From Chiloscyllium plagiosum (lineage: Eukaryota): a stretch of DNA of 64,000 bases. Shown here piece after piece: positions 25,847 to 38,585 of this stretch. Each line of letters begins with the position of its first letter. Position 1 is the first letter of the stretch. The translations under genes and the position numbers were made by a program. Where the stretch lies: the NCBI RefSeq assembly GCF_004010195.1, contig NC_057720.1:22162243-22226242 (forward strand). The letters run 5' to 3'. The notes below the pieces were generated by a model that ran no database searches, had not been told where the DNA came from, and saw nothing but the letters and a program-made list of their open reading frames with translations.

Positions 25847-26710
25847 TGTCACTTGCGGTTACCTTTCTTCCACACAGAATGAATTTATGTTTTAGAAGAA
25901 GCCAATTTAATCAGGCAATCTTGAATTAACAAAATGTGAGGTTATTATTCACTAAATGTAAGAAGAAATAATAACAAAACACATACACACAGATTAGAAG
26001 TCGGAAGTGAATTCAAAAAGATAGACAGAAGTTAAAAGATAACCTGTTCAGTCTCTGGGTTGTCGGTGGATGGTAGGTAATAGAACATTGACAGCTAAGT
26101 ATTCAATTTCATGATTCTTGTCTTTGCCGGTAGCCTGAAAGTCTTTTGTCCTGTTTGAATTTGACAGGCTTATTGGCTAACTAGCTTCTAGAACTCAAAG
26201 CAAGAGACTCATTTTTCTGCAAGGTAGAAGTGACTGGTGAATGGTTCTTCAGCTATGATCTTCACAGCTCTCTAAGCTCTCCAACCAAACTAACACACAT
26301 CTGTATATCAGCCCAGTAATATACACAAGCAACTCAGTTCACTATTATCTACAAACAAACAGAGAGCAGGGTTGAACTGCCTTTTAACACTATTGTGTAT
26401 TCTTGAAAGGGGAAGACATAAAAGATGTCTCTCACTCAGACTGCTGTCTTTTCTCACAACATATTCAGTCAGAAATAGTTCCCAGGTGATTATAGTTCAG
26501 ATTATAGGGAATTTCTTCTTTACATGTTTATCTTTTAAAGTTTCCTTGATACTTTTCTGCTGTGACATTCCAGGGTCTCTCTATCTCTCCAGACAGTCAT
26601 TGAACCATATCCACCACCATTGTGACTACATCAGTCTTCTTTAAAACAGGTTGGAATTTTAGATCAAATCCACTTGTCATCCATAAGGGTTAGGATTTGT
26701 GGTCCTGACA
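25847..26710. mobile_element. Probable solo LTR
   Basis: TGTCA...TGACA inverted termini, near-matching 4-bp flanks (attc/atac), and no coding potential. Confidence 0.5.
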
Positions 26711-26714
26711 ATAC

Positions 26715-27735
26715 AGTGTGAAAGTGTTCAGTAAATTTGCAGGAGATAGTGACAACAGACAGCAGAATGACATGAGGTATGGAGGGACTGTGACATGAGG
26801 CATACACCAGTTCTGGGAAATGCGATTAGAATAGTTAGAAGGTTGTTTTTGGCCGGTGTAGACTTGATGGTCTGAAAGCCCTTTTTCTGTGCTGTAGACC
26901 TCTATGGCTCTGTGACAAGTTGATTAGATTGGGACTGTGCTTTTTGGAATACAGAAGAATGAAAGCTGACCCTTACTGAAACAGTGAAGTTTCTTAGGAG
27001 AATTGACAGGGTGGATGGGTAAAGGTTACTTCTCATTGAAGGATAGTCTCAGACTACAGGGCACAATCTCAGAATAAGAGGTCACACTTTGAGGAATTTC
27101 TTCTTTTAGGGTACTGAACTTGTGGAATTTTTTATTCAATTCTGCTGTTTGGGGCTGGGACAATAAGCATATCCACGATTGAGACAATTTTTTTTTAATC
27201 TGTAAGGAATAGTTATTGGGAAAAGGTGAGACAGTGGAATTGAGGATTATCAACACGACCATGGTGTCACTGAATGGCAGAGAAGACTTGATGGGCTGAA
27301 TGCATCCGCTACACCCGATGTGGCCTCCTCTATATTGGGGAGACAGGCCGCCTACTTGCGGAACGTTTCAGAGAACACCTCTGGGACACCCGGACCAACC
27401 AACCCAACCACCTGGTAGCCCAACACTTTAACTCCCCCTCCCACTCCACCAAGGACATGCAAGTCCTTCCCTCCAACTATCGCAATTCCAACGCCCCTCC
27501 CCCAAGTCCCTCCTCCGTACCTTTTATCTTAGCCTGGTGGACACACTTTCCTCATTCCTGAAGAAGGGCTTATTCCCGAAACGACGATTCTCCTGTTCCT
27601 TGGATGCTGCCTGACCTGCTGCGCTTTTCCGGCAACACATTTTCAGCTCTGATCTCCAGCATCTGCAGTCCTCACTTTCTCCTCCTTGATGGGCTGAATG
27701 GCCTACTTCTGTTCCTACATATTTTGGTCTTATGG
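26715..27735 (+). mobile_element. Diverged CR1 3' fragments hosting a PLE insertion
   Basis: CR1 3' UTR motifs (gatgggctgaatggcctacttctg...ggtcttatgg). Confidence 0.65.
27303..27684 (+). mobile_element. Penelope-like element fragment (GIY-YIG endonuclease and terminus) with 16-bp TSD
   Basis: LYIGETGRLLAERFREHLWDTRTNQPNHLVAQHFNSPSH; TSD cttgatgggctgaatg at 27287-27302 and 27685-27700; degenerate hammerhead at ~27554-27590. Confidence 0.9.
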
Positions 27736-29679
27736 TTGTGCCCTATGCATCTTGGAACATAGGGTAAGCCAGTGTCTTTCTGCTGAACAGCTCCATAATT
27801 AGAGGCTCAAAGCCTAGAGAGAGAGGTATGAAATTTCAAAGTGGGATTGGGAACCAGATGCCTGGCTGAATTCCAGGTCTCAACTCCATTCTTGTCATGC
27901 CATTGTTAACTTTAAATGGCCTAATGGGTGAGGAGCTTGGTGTATAATTAGAGGTGCCAATTACCTTCAGGAAACAGGAACCACCTGCTTGGCAGAGCTA
28001 CCCCTCATAATGTCTCAGACCATAATTTTTAAATGCCATCTGCACCAGGTACTGATCCAGCAGTCCTTTCAAAATCCAGTCTAGGTTCTCTCATGAAGCC
28101 TTACCAAATGTTTTAAGCACATTAAACTGCATGAGTAACTTTCTGTCGGGTTGACACATAGAATGGGCACTGTTCGAATGAAAGGTATTTCTGTTCAAGT
28201 ACTCTTGGCATTGATAGAAAAAAAACATGGATCTTTAATTATGTGCTATCAGCAATGTTCTGTGATTTTGGGAATACTGCCACCTTGTAAAGATTCTGTT
28301 ATCTATCCAGCTGATGCATCCTGTCCAGCAGGAATGCAATATGACAGCTGTCATTTGCTTAATGTGTCTTCAATAGTAGATGCCTACTCCAACATATGTT
28401 TCCTGTGGTTTGGATGTATCTCATTTCATCTGACTTACCCTGCTTGGTGGGACTGATTTGCAATGGTGGGTCCTAGGAGGATGAGGAATACAAACAAAAC
28501 AACTGATGTGCAACTATGTCACCTACAGTTCTTGTCTACACCATTGTTCATCTCTCTCCTTCAAATTGTGGAATACTCAAGGAGCCTGTGAATTATTGCT
28601 GTGGTCCAAACTTTGGCTGTTGACCTGGACTGTTGACAAAAGTATCAATTAGATGCCTTGCTGTGTTAAAAGTATGGTATTTACAGTGACAGGCATCAGC
28701 ACAGATGAAGCCAGTCGTAATTCCTATTAATGTGCTAAACTTTAGCACTGTAAACATTCTGATACAACTTTAAAAAGACTACTTTGTCAGGCCCAGTCAG
28801 CTTAAGCATATCCGCTGTCATTTTCTTTGAAGTCAAATAAAGTGCAAAGTGCAGCACACCGTTAACCATCATTTCCAAAACCGGTAGTCAGTTCTGTGTT
28901 GGTTGGCAATACGGCTAATAAAAGGCAGATACGACATAAGCTACACTGTCCACGAACAACATGAAATGTCATACTCAGTTTTACAAGACTTCATGCTGGC
29001 AGAAGTGTTTTGCAAAATGTATCCTGTACATTTTTAAGTTACGGGTGCTGTATTCAAGTCTATGAATGTACACTCTCAACGTGGGCCTTCAAATGGGAGC
29101 AATTATCAGAAGCTAATTTTTGTTTATGCATGGGACCTGGGTGTTGCTGGCTGGACCAGCATTTATACCCTATTTAATTTGCTGAGATAGTGGTGGTGAC
29201 CTGCCTTCTCGAAATGCTGCAGTCTATTTTGTGTTGGTACATTCACTGCGTCATTAGGGAGGGAGTTCCAGTGTTTTTTTAACCTTCCAAACCCATGAAC
29301 TCTACCACTTTGAAGGACAAGGACATTAAGTTTATGGAAACGCAATCACCTGTAAATTGCCCTTCAAGCCACAACTCCAGCTTGAATGATATCGGTACTC
29401 CTTCCTATGCCCTCCCAAGCAGGACTCTGGGTGATTCTAACCCCCATCAACTGAAGCTCAAGAAGGCTATTCTCTCACCCTCCACCTTCTTAGGAGCAGT
29501 AGGAATGGTCAGTAAATGCTGCACAAGCCAGTGGTGCTTACATTCAGTAAAATATTTTTTTTTTAAGTTACAAGAAATCCAAAAAAAAAATCAGACAAAC
29601 TTATTCTACCAAAGAGAATGTGAAACTTGCACTGTGGTGAGTGGCTGAAACCAATTGAAGAGAGGCATTTAAGAGCTAA

Positions 29680-30572
29680 GACAAAAGACATAGGAGCAAA
29701 AATTAGGCCATTCAACCCATTAAGTCTGCTCCGCCATTCAGTCATGGCTGGTAAGTTTCTCAACCCCATTTTCCTGCCTTTTCCATGTAACTTTTGATCC
29801 CCTTGGCAATCAAGAACTTATCTATCTCTGTTTTAAAGATACTCAATGATCTGGCCTCCACAGCCTTCTGTGGCAACGAATTCCATAGATTCACCACTCT
29901 CTGGCTGAAGAAGTTTCTCCTTATCTCCATTTTAAAAGGTCTTCCCTTCACTATAAGGCTGTGCCCTTGGGTCTTTGTCTCTCCTGCCAAGGGAAACATC
30001 TTCCCAATGTCCAGGCCATTCAGTATTCTGAAAGTTTCGGTCAGTTGCCTCCTCATCCCTCTAAACTCCCTCAAGTATAGGCCCAGAGTCCTCAAACATT
30101 CCTCATATGTTAAGCCTTTCATTCCTGGGATCATTCCCGTGAACCTCCTTTGGACCCGCTCCAGGGCCAATATAACATTCTTGAGGTATGGGGCTCAAAA
30201 TTGCTCACAATACTCGAAATGTGATCTGACCAGAGCCTTATAAAGCCTCAGATGTACATCCCTGCTTTTATATTCTGGTTGTCTCGAGATGAATGACAAC
30301 ATTGTATTTGCCTTCCTAAATACTGGTCAACCCGTAAGTTTACCTTAAGAGAAACCTGTATTAGGACCCCCAAGTCCCTTTGTACTTCAGATTTCAGCAT
30401 TTTTTCCCCATTTAGAAAATAGTCCATGCCTCTGTTTTTCCTACCAAAGTGCACGACCTCACACTTGCCCACATTGTACTCCATCTGCCTCTTTTTTTGC
30501 ACACTCTCCTAAACTGTTTAAATCTTTCTGCAGCCTTCCTGCCCCCTCCACCTATCTTTGTATCGTCTGGAA
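29680..30572 (-). mobile_element. CR1 LINE 3' fragment
   Basis: MEYNVGKCEVVHFG, ALERVQRRFTGMIPGM and FFSQRVVNLWNSLP. Confidence 0.92.
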
Positions 30573-30689
30573 AATTAGATGTTGAATAGACAAATGAGGG
30601 AAAAGGGAATCAAGGGTACTGATGATAAACTTGAGTAGAGCATACAAACCAGGATGGCATGTTTCCATGCATATATTTACCAGGAAGAA

Positions 30690-31400
30690 TGGAAAAGCAG
30701 TATATTTTTAAATGGAGAAAGAATGCATATCGCTGTGAAACTTTGGGATTTGGGTGTCCTGGTTATGAATTATGAAGTTAGAATGCAGATAGCAAGTAAT
30801 TAAAATGACAAATGGAATGTTGCTGTTTATTGCAAAGGGAAATGGAAAATACAAGTAGAGTTTTCTTCATATACTTTCTGAGATCATACCTGGAGCACTG
30901 CGTACCATTTTTGACTCCTTATTTAAGAAAGCATTAGAAGCAGCAACAGCATTAAAAGCAGAACCTTCACTCAAGTGATTCCTGGGATGAATTATCTTAT
31001 AAGGAAGGGATGGACACATTGGGCATCTAGTGACATTTAGAAAACTGAGAGATGATCTTCTTGAAAATATCAATTCCTGAGAGGAACTAATGGGATGGAC
31101 GCTGAGAGGACAGTTCTCCTTAGTGGACACACTTTCAGAATAAAATTTCTCCCAATTAATACAGAGATGACAAGAATTATTTTCTCTCTGACCATTGTCG
31201 CTCTGGGAATTTCTCTTTATCAGACTACAGTGAAGACAGGATCATTGAATATTTTTAAGACTGGGTTAGGTAGACTCTTGAATGATAAGGGAGTCTGGAT
31301 GTCTAGGGGACAGATAAGAAAATGACGCTGAGACCATAATCAGATCAGCCAAGATCATGTCAAATAGTGGCACAGTTTCAAAATGGCCTACTTCTGCTCT
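30690..31400 (+). mobile_element. Old CR1 LINE 3' fragment
   Basis: Degenerate similarity to 29680-30572 in the opposite orientation (tattttttaaatggagaa, atggcctacttctgctc). Confidence 0.6.
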
Positions 31401-31737
31401 GAATTTAATTGTCTGTTCATATATATGCAATAAACACACTCATATGGAACAATGTAATAGGAATCTGCAGTATTCTGCTCAGCAACTACTCATGTCTGTC
31501 CCCATGATCTCTCCTTTCTTTTTTTGAAATTCCTGCCCATAAATTAAAGGATGGTAAATTGTAACCATACCCCCATGTAAATGAACACATTTGTGCATGT
31601 ACTTATAAAATCCAGGATTTTGACCCTGAACAAAGATAGTATTGCTGGAGGAGATTTTGTGAGTTACTGGAGTGCATCTTGTAGATGGTACACTCTTCTA
31701 CCACTGTGCATTAGAATTGAATGGGAAGTAAATTTTG

Positions 31738-32010
31738 AGAAGATCTGTAGCTCAGATTGAGGTTCCGGATGTAGGCTTGCTAGCTGAACTGGAAGGTTCA
31801 TTTTCAGACATTTCGTCACCATACTATTTACCACCCCCTGAGAAAAAGAATAGGAAATGACATCACCAACCCAAAGAAACTCAAACATATAAATAGAAAG
31901 CTGGAAACATCAGCAGTGCTTCATCCGGAGGCTTACTGAAGATGTTACCTAGTGTGGTGACGAAACGTCTGAAAATGAACCTTCCAGCTCAGCAAGCAAA
32001 CCTACATCCA
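31738..32010. mobile_element. Fold-back PLE-terminus element (fourth family)
   Basis: Arm 31767-31826 is the reverse complement of arm 31950-32009. Confidence 0.8.
31933..31972 (+). ncRNA. Minimal type I hammerhead ribozyme, intact core
   Basis: TTA CTGAAGA T GTTACC tagtgt GGTGAC GAAA CGTC TGA: CUGANGA box, 6-bp stem II, GAAA, palindromic ACGU stem III, GUC cleavage triplet and 3-bp stem I. Confidence 0.75.
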
Positions 32011-33264
32011 GGAAGTGAATGCTTAATGTTGTGCGTGCTGTGTCAAACAAGCAAGCTGCATTGTTTTAGTTGGTGTGTTGAGCTCTGTGTATTGTGGGAG
32101 CTGCACACATACAGACAATAGTATGCCATTGTAACCTTGACTTGGGCCTTGTAGATGATGAACAGGGGTTGGGGAGTTGGGTAGTAAGCTGCCTGCTATA
32201 GAATTCCAAAGCACCGACCTGCTCTTGTAGCCGTCTCGTCCAGTGCAGCTTCAGATAACTTGTAGCCACCAGGATGGTGATAGTGGGGATTCAATGAAGG
32301 TAATGCCATTGAATATTATGGAGCAATGGTTAGATACTCCCTTGTTGAAGACTCCTATTGCAGGCACGTTTTGTGCTGCAAATATTAATTGCTACTTTTC
32401 AGGCTAAGTTCAGGTCTTGCTGCATTTACACATGGAATGCGTCGGTAGCTGAGGAGCCGGGAATGATGCTGAACATTATGCAAACATTGGCGATCATCCC
32501 CACTTCTGACCTTCTGATGGAAAGTAGGTCAATGATGAAGCAGCTGAAGATGACTGGGCCAAAGACTGTACTATACTGAGCAACTCCTACAGTGATGTTC
32601 TGGAGTTGCCTGAACTGCGAAAGTTAAAAATGATCTTCCTTTTTATGACTCTAACCAGTGGAGAGTGCTTGGGCTTCTTCATATCACACATGATTAAGTG
32701 CAGACTCACCTCACTTCTGGAGCTCAGTCCTTTTGTCCATGCTTGGGCCAAGGCTATAATGAAGTCAGAAGCAGAGTAGCTGTGGCAGAATTCAAACTGG
32801 GTGTCAATGAGCAGGCTTCTGTGGAACAATTAGCATTGATAACCTTGTTTACAACCCCTTCCATTTCTTTGCTGATAATTGAGAGTAAAGCTGGTGGAAT
32901 TGCAATTGGTTGGGAAGGATTTGTCCTTTTTTTAAACACATACCTTGCTAACTGCCCATATTACTCAGTAGATACCAATATTCTACCTATGCTGGAACAG
33001 CTTTGCTATGGGTATGGCTAGTTCTGCAGGGCACATCTTCAGGCATTTTGCTAGAATGATATTAGGGCCCATAGCCTTGGCACTAGCCGTTGTCTTTAGC
33101 TGTTTGTTGATATCATATGGAATACAGTGAATTGGTTGAAAACTGGCATCTCTGGAAAACTCAAGCAAAAATGCCATATCCACTTGGTACTTCTGACTGA
33201 AGGATGCATATATTTCTTGCAATTTGCACTGATGTGGTGGGTGTCCAGTCATTGAGAAGGGTAA

Positions 33265-33600
33265 CAAAACCGGAAATTGCTGGAGCAATTCACCAGGTCT
33301 GTCAGCATCTATGGAGAGAAGCAGAGTCAATGTTTTGGGTCCAGTGACCCTTCTTCAGATTATCTGAAGAGTGTCTCCAGTTATTTCTGTTTTTGTTTCA
33401 GATTTCCGGCAACCTCATTCTTTGATTGTTATCGAGAAGGGGATATTTGTAGAACCTTTTCCTTCTGTTCTGGAGAAGGGTCATGGGACCCGAAATGTTA
33501 ACTCTATTTTCTCTTCACAGGTGCTACCAGCCCTGCTGAGCTTTTCCACCAACTTCCGTTTTTGTTTCTGATTTACAGCATCTGCAGTTCTTTCGCCTTT
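33265..33600. mobile_element. Inverted pair of PLE termini with degenerate hammerheads
   Basis: Minus-strand CTGAAGA A GGGTC actg GACCC AAAA (~33325-33359) and plus-strand CTGGAGA A GGGTC atgg GACCC GAAA TGTT AACT (~33465-33503). Confidence 0.75.
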
Positions 33601-34995
33601 CCTTCCTGTTAGTTATTTAGTTGTCCACCACCACTCACGCTTGAATATGATAAGACTGCAGAGTTTGTATCTGATCCAGTGTTGTGGGATCACTTTGCTT
33701 TGACTGGTGAATGTTGCTTCTGCCATTTGGCATGTAAGTAATCCAGTGCTGTAGTTTCACCTTGTTGAAACTTCACTTCTTAGATCCTCTTCCTGCCTTG
33801 CCCTCCGAAACTCTTCGTAGGACCAAGCATAATCCTACAGTTTAATGACCATAGCAGCGTGGAGAATAAGCCAAGCCCGAGGTTACAGATTGGTTTGAAA
33901 GCAACTCTGGTCTGCACGGTGGCTCACAGTACCTCATGCATTCATCATTTTGCATGGCTGGATCTCCTCAAAATCCATCCCTCTTTGCACAATTGTTGTT
34001 GTACTCAACACAATGGAAGGTATTCCCAATGTGAAGACAGGATTTTGCCATGGTGGTCACTCTTACTAATGCTTTTATGGATATACGCCTGTGACATTGG
34101 TAGATTGATGTGGAAGAGGTCAAGTATGCTTTTACTTCTTGTTGGTTCCCTTTCTGTCTGCCATGATCCAAATTAGCAGTTGTGTCCTTAGGGACCCAGC
34201 CAGCTCCATCAGTAGTAGTGCTGTTGAGCTACCCATGATGGTTATGGAAGTACATCCTGAGTCTTTGCCACTCTTAGTACTTCTTCCAATTAATGTTCAA
34301 TACTTAGTTATCAGCTGAGGTAACAACAGGTGGCAAGCAGTGGGATGCTGCTTTGCCCATGTTTCACCTAATGCCATGAGACTTCATGGGATTCAGAGCC
34401 AATGTTGAGGACTCCAACAGCAGTGCCTTCCTCAATGTATGCCCCCACTCCTGCTACCACTTCTGGTGGGTCTCAATTAGTGGGGGGAGGGCAGGGGAAC
34501 AGTGTTTGGGGGAACAGCATGAAGCTATTGATAGTAAAGGCAATGTCTAAGACATTGTAAGGTATGATTTGTTGACAGGCTTTTGTTAGACTAATGGCCT
34601 CTAATTATGTTCTTACACACTTAAGAAATCATTATCTTACTATCATCTCAACTAGAACCTTTTGTCATTTTAAAGACCTTTTATTAGGTTATGGTTCAAC
34701 TTATTTGTTCAAGACAAAAAGGACCCAGTTTGGCAACTTGCACATTTTTATATGCACATACGGATGTCATGGTATTTGTGATTGCAACTATTATTCCATC
34801 TTCTTAGACATCATATTTAACATTCTGATGTAATGTTACGTTCCTATCAGAACCATTGACATTTAAAGAAGTAATCAAACACCTGACAATTAATCGATGA
34901 GTGATATTTAAAAAAGGCAAGCTTTATTGCATGTCAAAAAGAATTAAACAAATTAACATGATAATTTATACCTAAGTACATTTATACCTAAATTT

Positions 34996-35310
34996 GGGAG
35001 GCACGGTGGCTCAGTGGTTAGTACTGCTGCCTCGCAGCGCCAGGGACCCGGGTTCAATTCCAGCCTCGGGTGACTGTCTGTGTGGAGTTTGCACATTCGC
35101 CCCGTGACTGCGTGGGTTTCCTCCGGGTGCTCTAGTTTCCTCCCACAGTCCAAAGGTGTGCAGGTCAGGTGAATTGGCCCAAGTTAAAATTACCCATAGT
35201 GTTAGGTGAATGAGTAGGGGAATGGGTCTGGGTGGGTTACTCTTCCGAGGATTGGTGTGGACTTGTTGGGTCGAAGGGCTGGTTCCGCACTGTAGAGAAT
35301 CTAATCTAAA
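34996..35310 (+). mobile_element. HE1-type V-SINE
   Basis: A box tggctcagtgg, B box ggttcaattcc, V-domain and aatct tail. Confidence 0.9.
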
Positions 35311-35659
35311 TTATGAATTCAGCTTTACTTTTTACTTTCCCATCTTCCACCCCAAGAATTCTCTTACACAGTACAACAATCTTGGTTTCTCTACAATCCG
35401 ATCTAGCAGTGTACCTTGGTCCCAAGAATTCAAATTAATCGTTTTCAGTGTTGCAGCTGTATTCCCAGGTAAGATTCAAGAGGAGTTCTTCCATTTGAAG
35501 CTATTTAACAATTTTTGGCTCCACCTTACAAGCTTCATGCCTGCGGATGCTTCAACTCTTCATCTGAGTTGCCTGAAGACAGACAACTACTTTCCTGCTG
35601 CTTCCAAACTAACTCTGCTGACTGCTTTCTGCCACAAGGCAACTTTCATCCCTGAATGT

Positions 35660-36194
35660 TGCCACCAAGGTGAATGGTGTTGTTAAGAAGGCATACGGTA
35701 TGTGAGGTTTCATGCGCAGAGGGATTGAGTTCTGGAGCTGCAATATCATGTTGCAACTATACAAAATGCTGGTGCAGCCACACTTGGAAGATCTTATGAG
35801 AGACTTGGGTCTGTTCTCATTGGAAAGAAGAAGGCTAAGAGGGGATTTGATAGAGACATACAAGATGATCAGCGGATTAGATATGGTAGACAGTGAAAGT
35901 CTTTTTCCTAGCTTGAGGTCAGCTTGTACAAGGGGGCATAATTACAAATTGAGGGGTGATAGATTTAAGACAGATGTCGGAGGCAGGTTCTTTACGCAGA
36001 GAGTGGTAAGGGCGTGGAATGTCCTACCTGTTAATGTAGTCAACTCAGCCTTATTAGGGAGATTTAAACAATCCTTAGATAAGCACATGGATGATTTTGG
36101 GATAGTGTAGGGGGACGAACTGAGAATAGTTCACAGGTCGGTGCAACATCGAGGACCAAAGGGCCTGTTCTGCGCTGTATTGTTCTATGTTCTA
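35660..36194 (+). mobile_element. CR1 LINE 3' fragment
   Basis: LGLFSLERRRLRGDLIETYK...FFTQRVVRAWNVLP; tgttcta tail. Confidence 0.9.
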
Positions 36195-36399
36195 GGCTTT
36201 GTTCCACCTACTATCATGGGTGCAGCCCATATTCAAGCTGCCTGGACCCCCATCAAATCCAAGCTGGGATGGAACCCGATCTGTATTTGAACAATAAATT
36301 TAATATTTTTATGGCTTGAAATGCAGGCATTGCTGAATATTATCTCCTGTGTGCTCCTGCTGTCTGATGACTTGCAGTCCATGCCATGGATGAGATGTG

Positions 36400-38585
36400 T
36401 TGTGGAAATGCCAGTGTTGGACTTGGGTGGACAAAGTCAGGAGTCACATAACACCAGGTTATAGTCCAACAAGTTTATTTGAAATCACAAGCTTTCGGAG
36501 CGCTGCTTCTTCACCAGGTGAAGAGGAGAGAAGCACTCAGGCGCTGAATTCATATGGAGAAAGATAATGGTAAGATAAGAGTAGGTAATTAAGAGTGTCA
36601 AAAGATAAATACAAATGACGGCAGTAGAGTGTTGACAGGCTGAATAATAAGTCATTGCGGATGATCAAAAGTGTCAAATAGTGTGAGAAAAATGTCAACA
36701 GCTGAATAACAAATGAAGGGATGACCTCTGATGTGATTAATAATTACAAAAGGTCAAGAACAGGCTGGTTCTGGAGAGAAACCAAATAACAAGAGAGGTA
36801 TTAGAGTTGCATGACAAGGGTCTAACCAAAGTAACAAGTAATCCAAAACTGTACAAACTAATTAAGGTACAGAGATAATAACAAGTTATCAAGGTGATGG
36901 TGTCAAAACAGCACAATAAGGAAGATTTTACACAGAACAGTATGGTGAGGTTATATGTAGCATGACATGAACTGATTGAAGCCATCCTTATGGTATGGAA
37001 CTTTTTTTATCAGTTTCTGCTCTGAGATTCTGCATTGCTGTGTATCTCAAAGGCCACCTTGGAGAACACTTACCCAAAGATGAATGTCGTTGACCATTGA
37101 AGTGTTCCCTGACGGAGAGGCCTGTCAATGGTTGTGTGGTATCCATTCATCCAATGTCATAGTGTTTGCATGGTCTCGCCAATACATCATGCCTTGGGGC
37201 ATCTGTTCCTGCACCGTATGAGGTAGACACATTGGATGAGTCATGTGAGTATCTGCTGTGTACGTGGTGGGTGGTGTTCCCATGTGTGATGGTAGTATCC
37301 ATGTCAATGATCTGGCATATCTTACAGAGGTTGCCATAGCAGGGCTGAGTGGTGTTGTGGTCGATGTTCTCCTGAAAACTGGATAGTTTGCTGTGAACCA
37401 TGTTCTGTTTAAGGCTTGGTGGTTGTTTGAGGGCGAGAAGTGGAGGTGTAGGAATGACCTTAGCCAGATGCTCATTGTCAGTGATGACTTGTTGAAGGCT
37501 GCGAAGGACATGGGATAGTTTCTTTGGTCAAGGGAAGTACTGGATGACAAAGGGCACTCTATCAGTCATGTCCCGTGTCTATCTGTCTTCTGAGGAGGTC
37601 ATTGCGGTTTTTCACTGTGGCACATCTGAAATGGAGGTTGATCAGTTGAGCATCATAATCCCGTTCTTATGAGGGTGTCTTTTAGCATTTTAGCTTTTGA
37701 GTTTCTCCTTGTCTGTGCAAATCCTGTACATATGCAGAGCTTGTCCAGATGGGATGGCTTTTTTTTTAACAGGTTTGGGGTGAAAGCTGAAGAAGTGAAG
37801 CATCATGAGATTATCTGTGGGCTTGCAGCAGAGTGAAGTACTGAGGTGTCTGTCCTTGATGGCGATGCATGTGCCCAAGAATGAAACTGAAGAGTAGTCC
37901 GAGTCAGAGAACACTTCAGCGGTCAAGGACATTCAACTTCTGATCTATGGGTAAGTGCTCCAATGTAGCCTTTGAGATACACAATAATGCAGAATCGCTG
38001 AGCAGAAATGGATAACCAAGCTCTGTACCCATGAAGATGGGCTCAACCTTGATCTTGGGTTCATGTCACGCTACATGTAACCCCACCATACTGCTGTGTC
38101 TAAAATCTTCTTCACTGCCCTATTTGACACCATCACCTTGATAATTTGCAATCTCTGTACCTTAATTAGTTTGTACAGATACCTGTTACTTTGGTTAGAC
38201 CCTCATCATGCAACTCTTCTATCTCCCATGTTATTTGTTTTGTCTCCAGCACCAGCCTATTCTTGATCTTTTTTAATTGTTAATCGGAGCAGAGGTCATC
38301 CCTTCACATGCTGGTCAGCTGTTGACATTTTACTCACACCATTTGAAACTTTTGATCACCTGCAATGACTTGTTATTCAGCCTATCAACACTCCACTGCC
38401 ATCATTTGTATTTATCTTTTGACACTCTTAATTACCTGCTTTTATCTTACCATTATCTTTATGCATATAAATTCTGTGCCTACGTACTTCTCTCCTCTTC
38501 ACCTGATGAAGCAGCAGCAGCGCTACGAAAGCTTATGATTTCAAATAAACTTGTTGGAATATAACCTGGTGTCATGTGACTTCTG
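36400..38585. mobile_element. Penelope-like element: minus-strand RT thumb, Zn-linker, GIY-YIG and pLTR (36400-37915), plus an inverted plus-strand copy of the 3' part (37920-38585)
   Basis: FLGTCIAIKDRHLSTSLCCKPTDNLMMLHFFSFHP...AIPSGQAL and PCYGNLCKICQII. The two arms are reverse complements, each ending in a degenerate hammerhead (~36484-36520 minus, ~38500-38537 plus). Confidence 0.88.

Larger units (their letters stand above)
31610..34570 (-). mobile_element. Long degraded CR1/L2-clade LINE, interrupted by two PLE-terminus insertions
   Basis: RT remnants KAMGPNIILAKCLKMCPAELAIPIAKLFQ and LLSIISKEMEGVVN. Confidence 0.7.
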
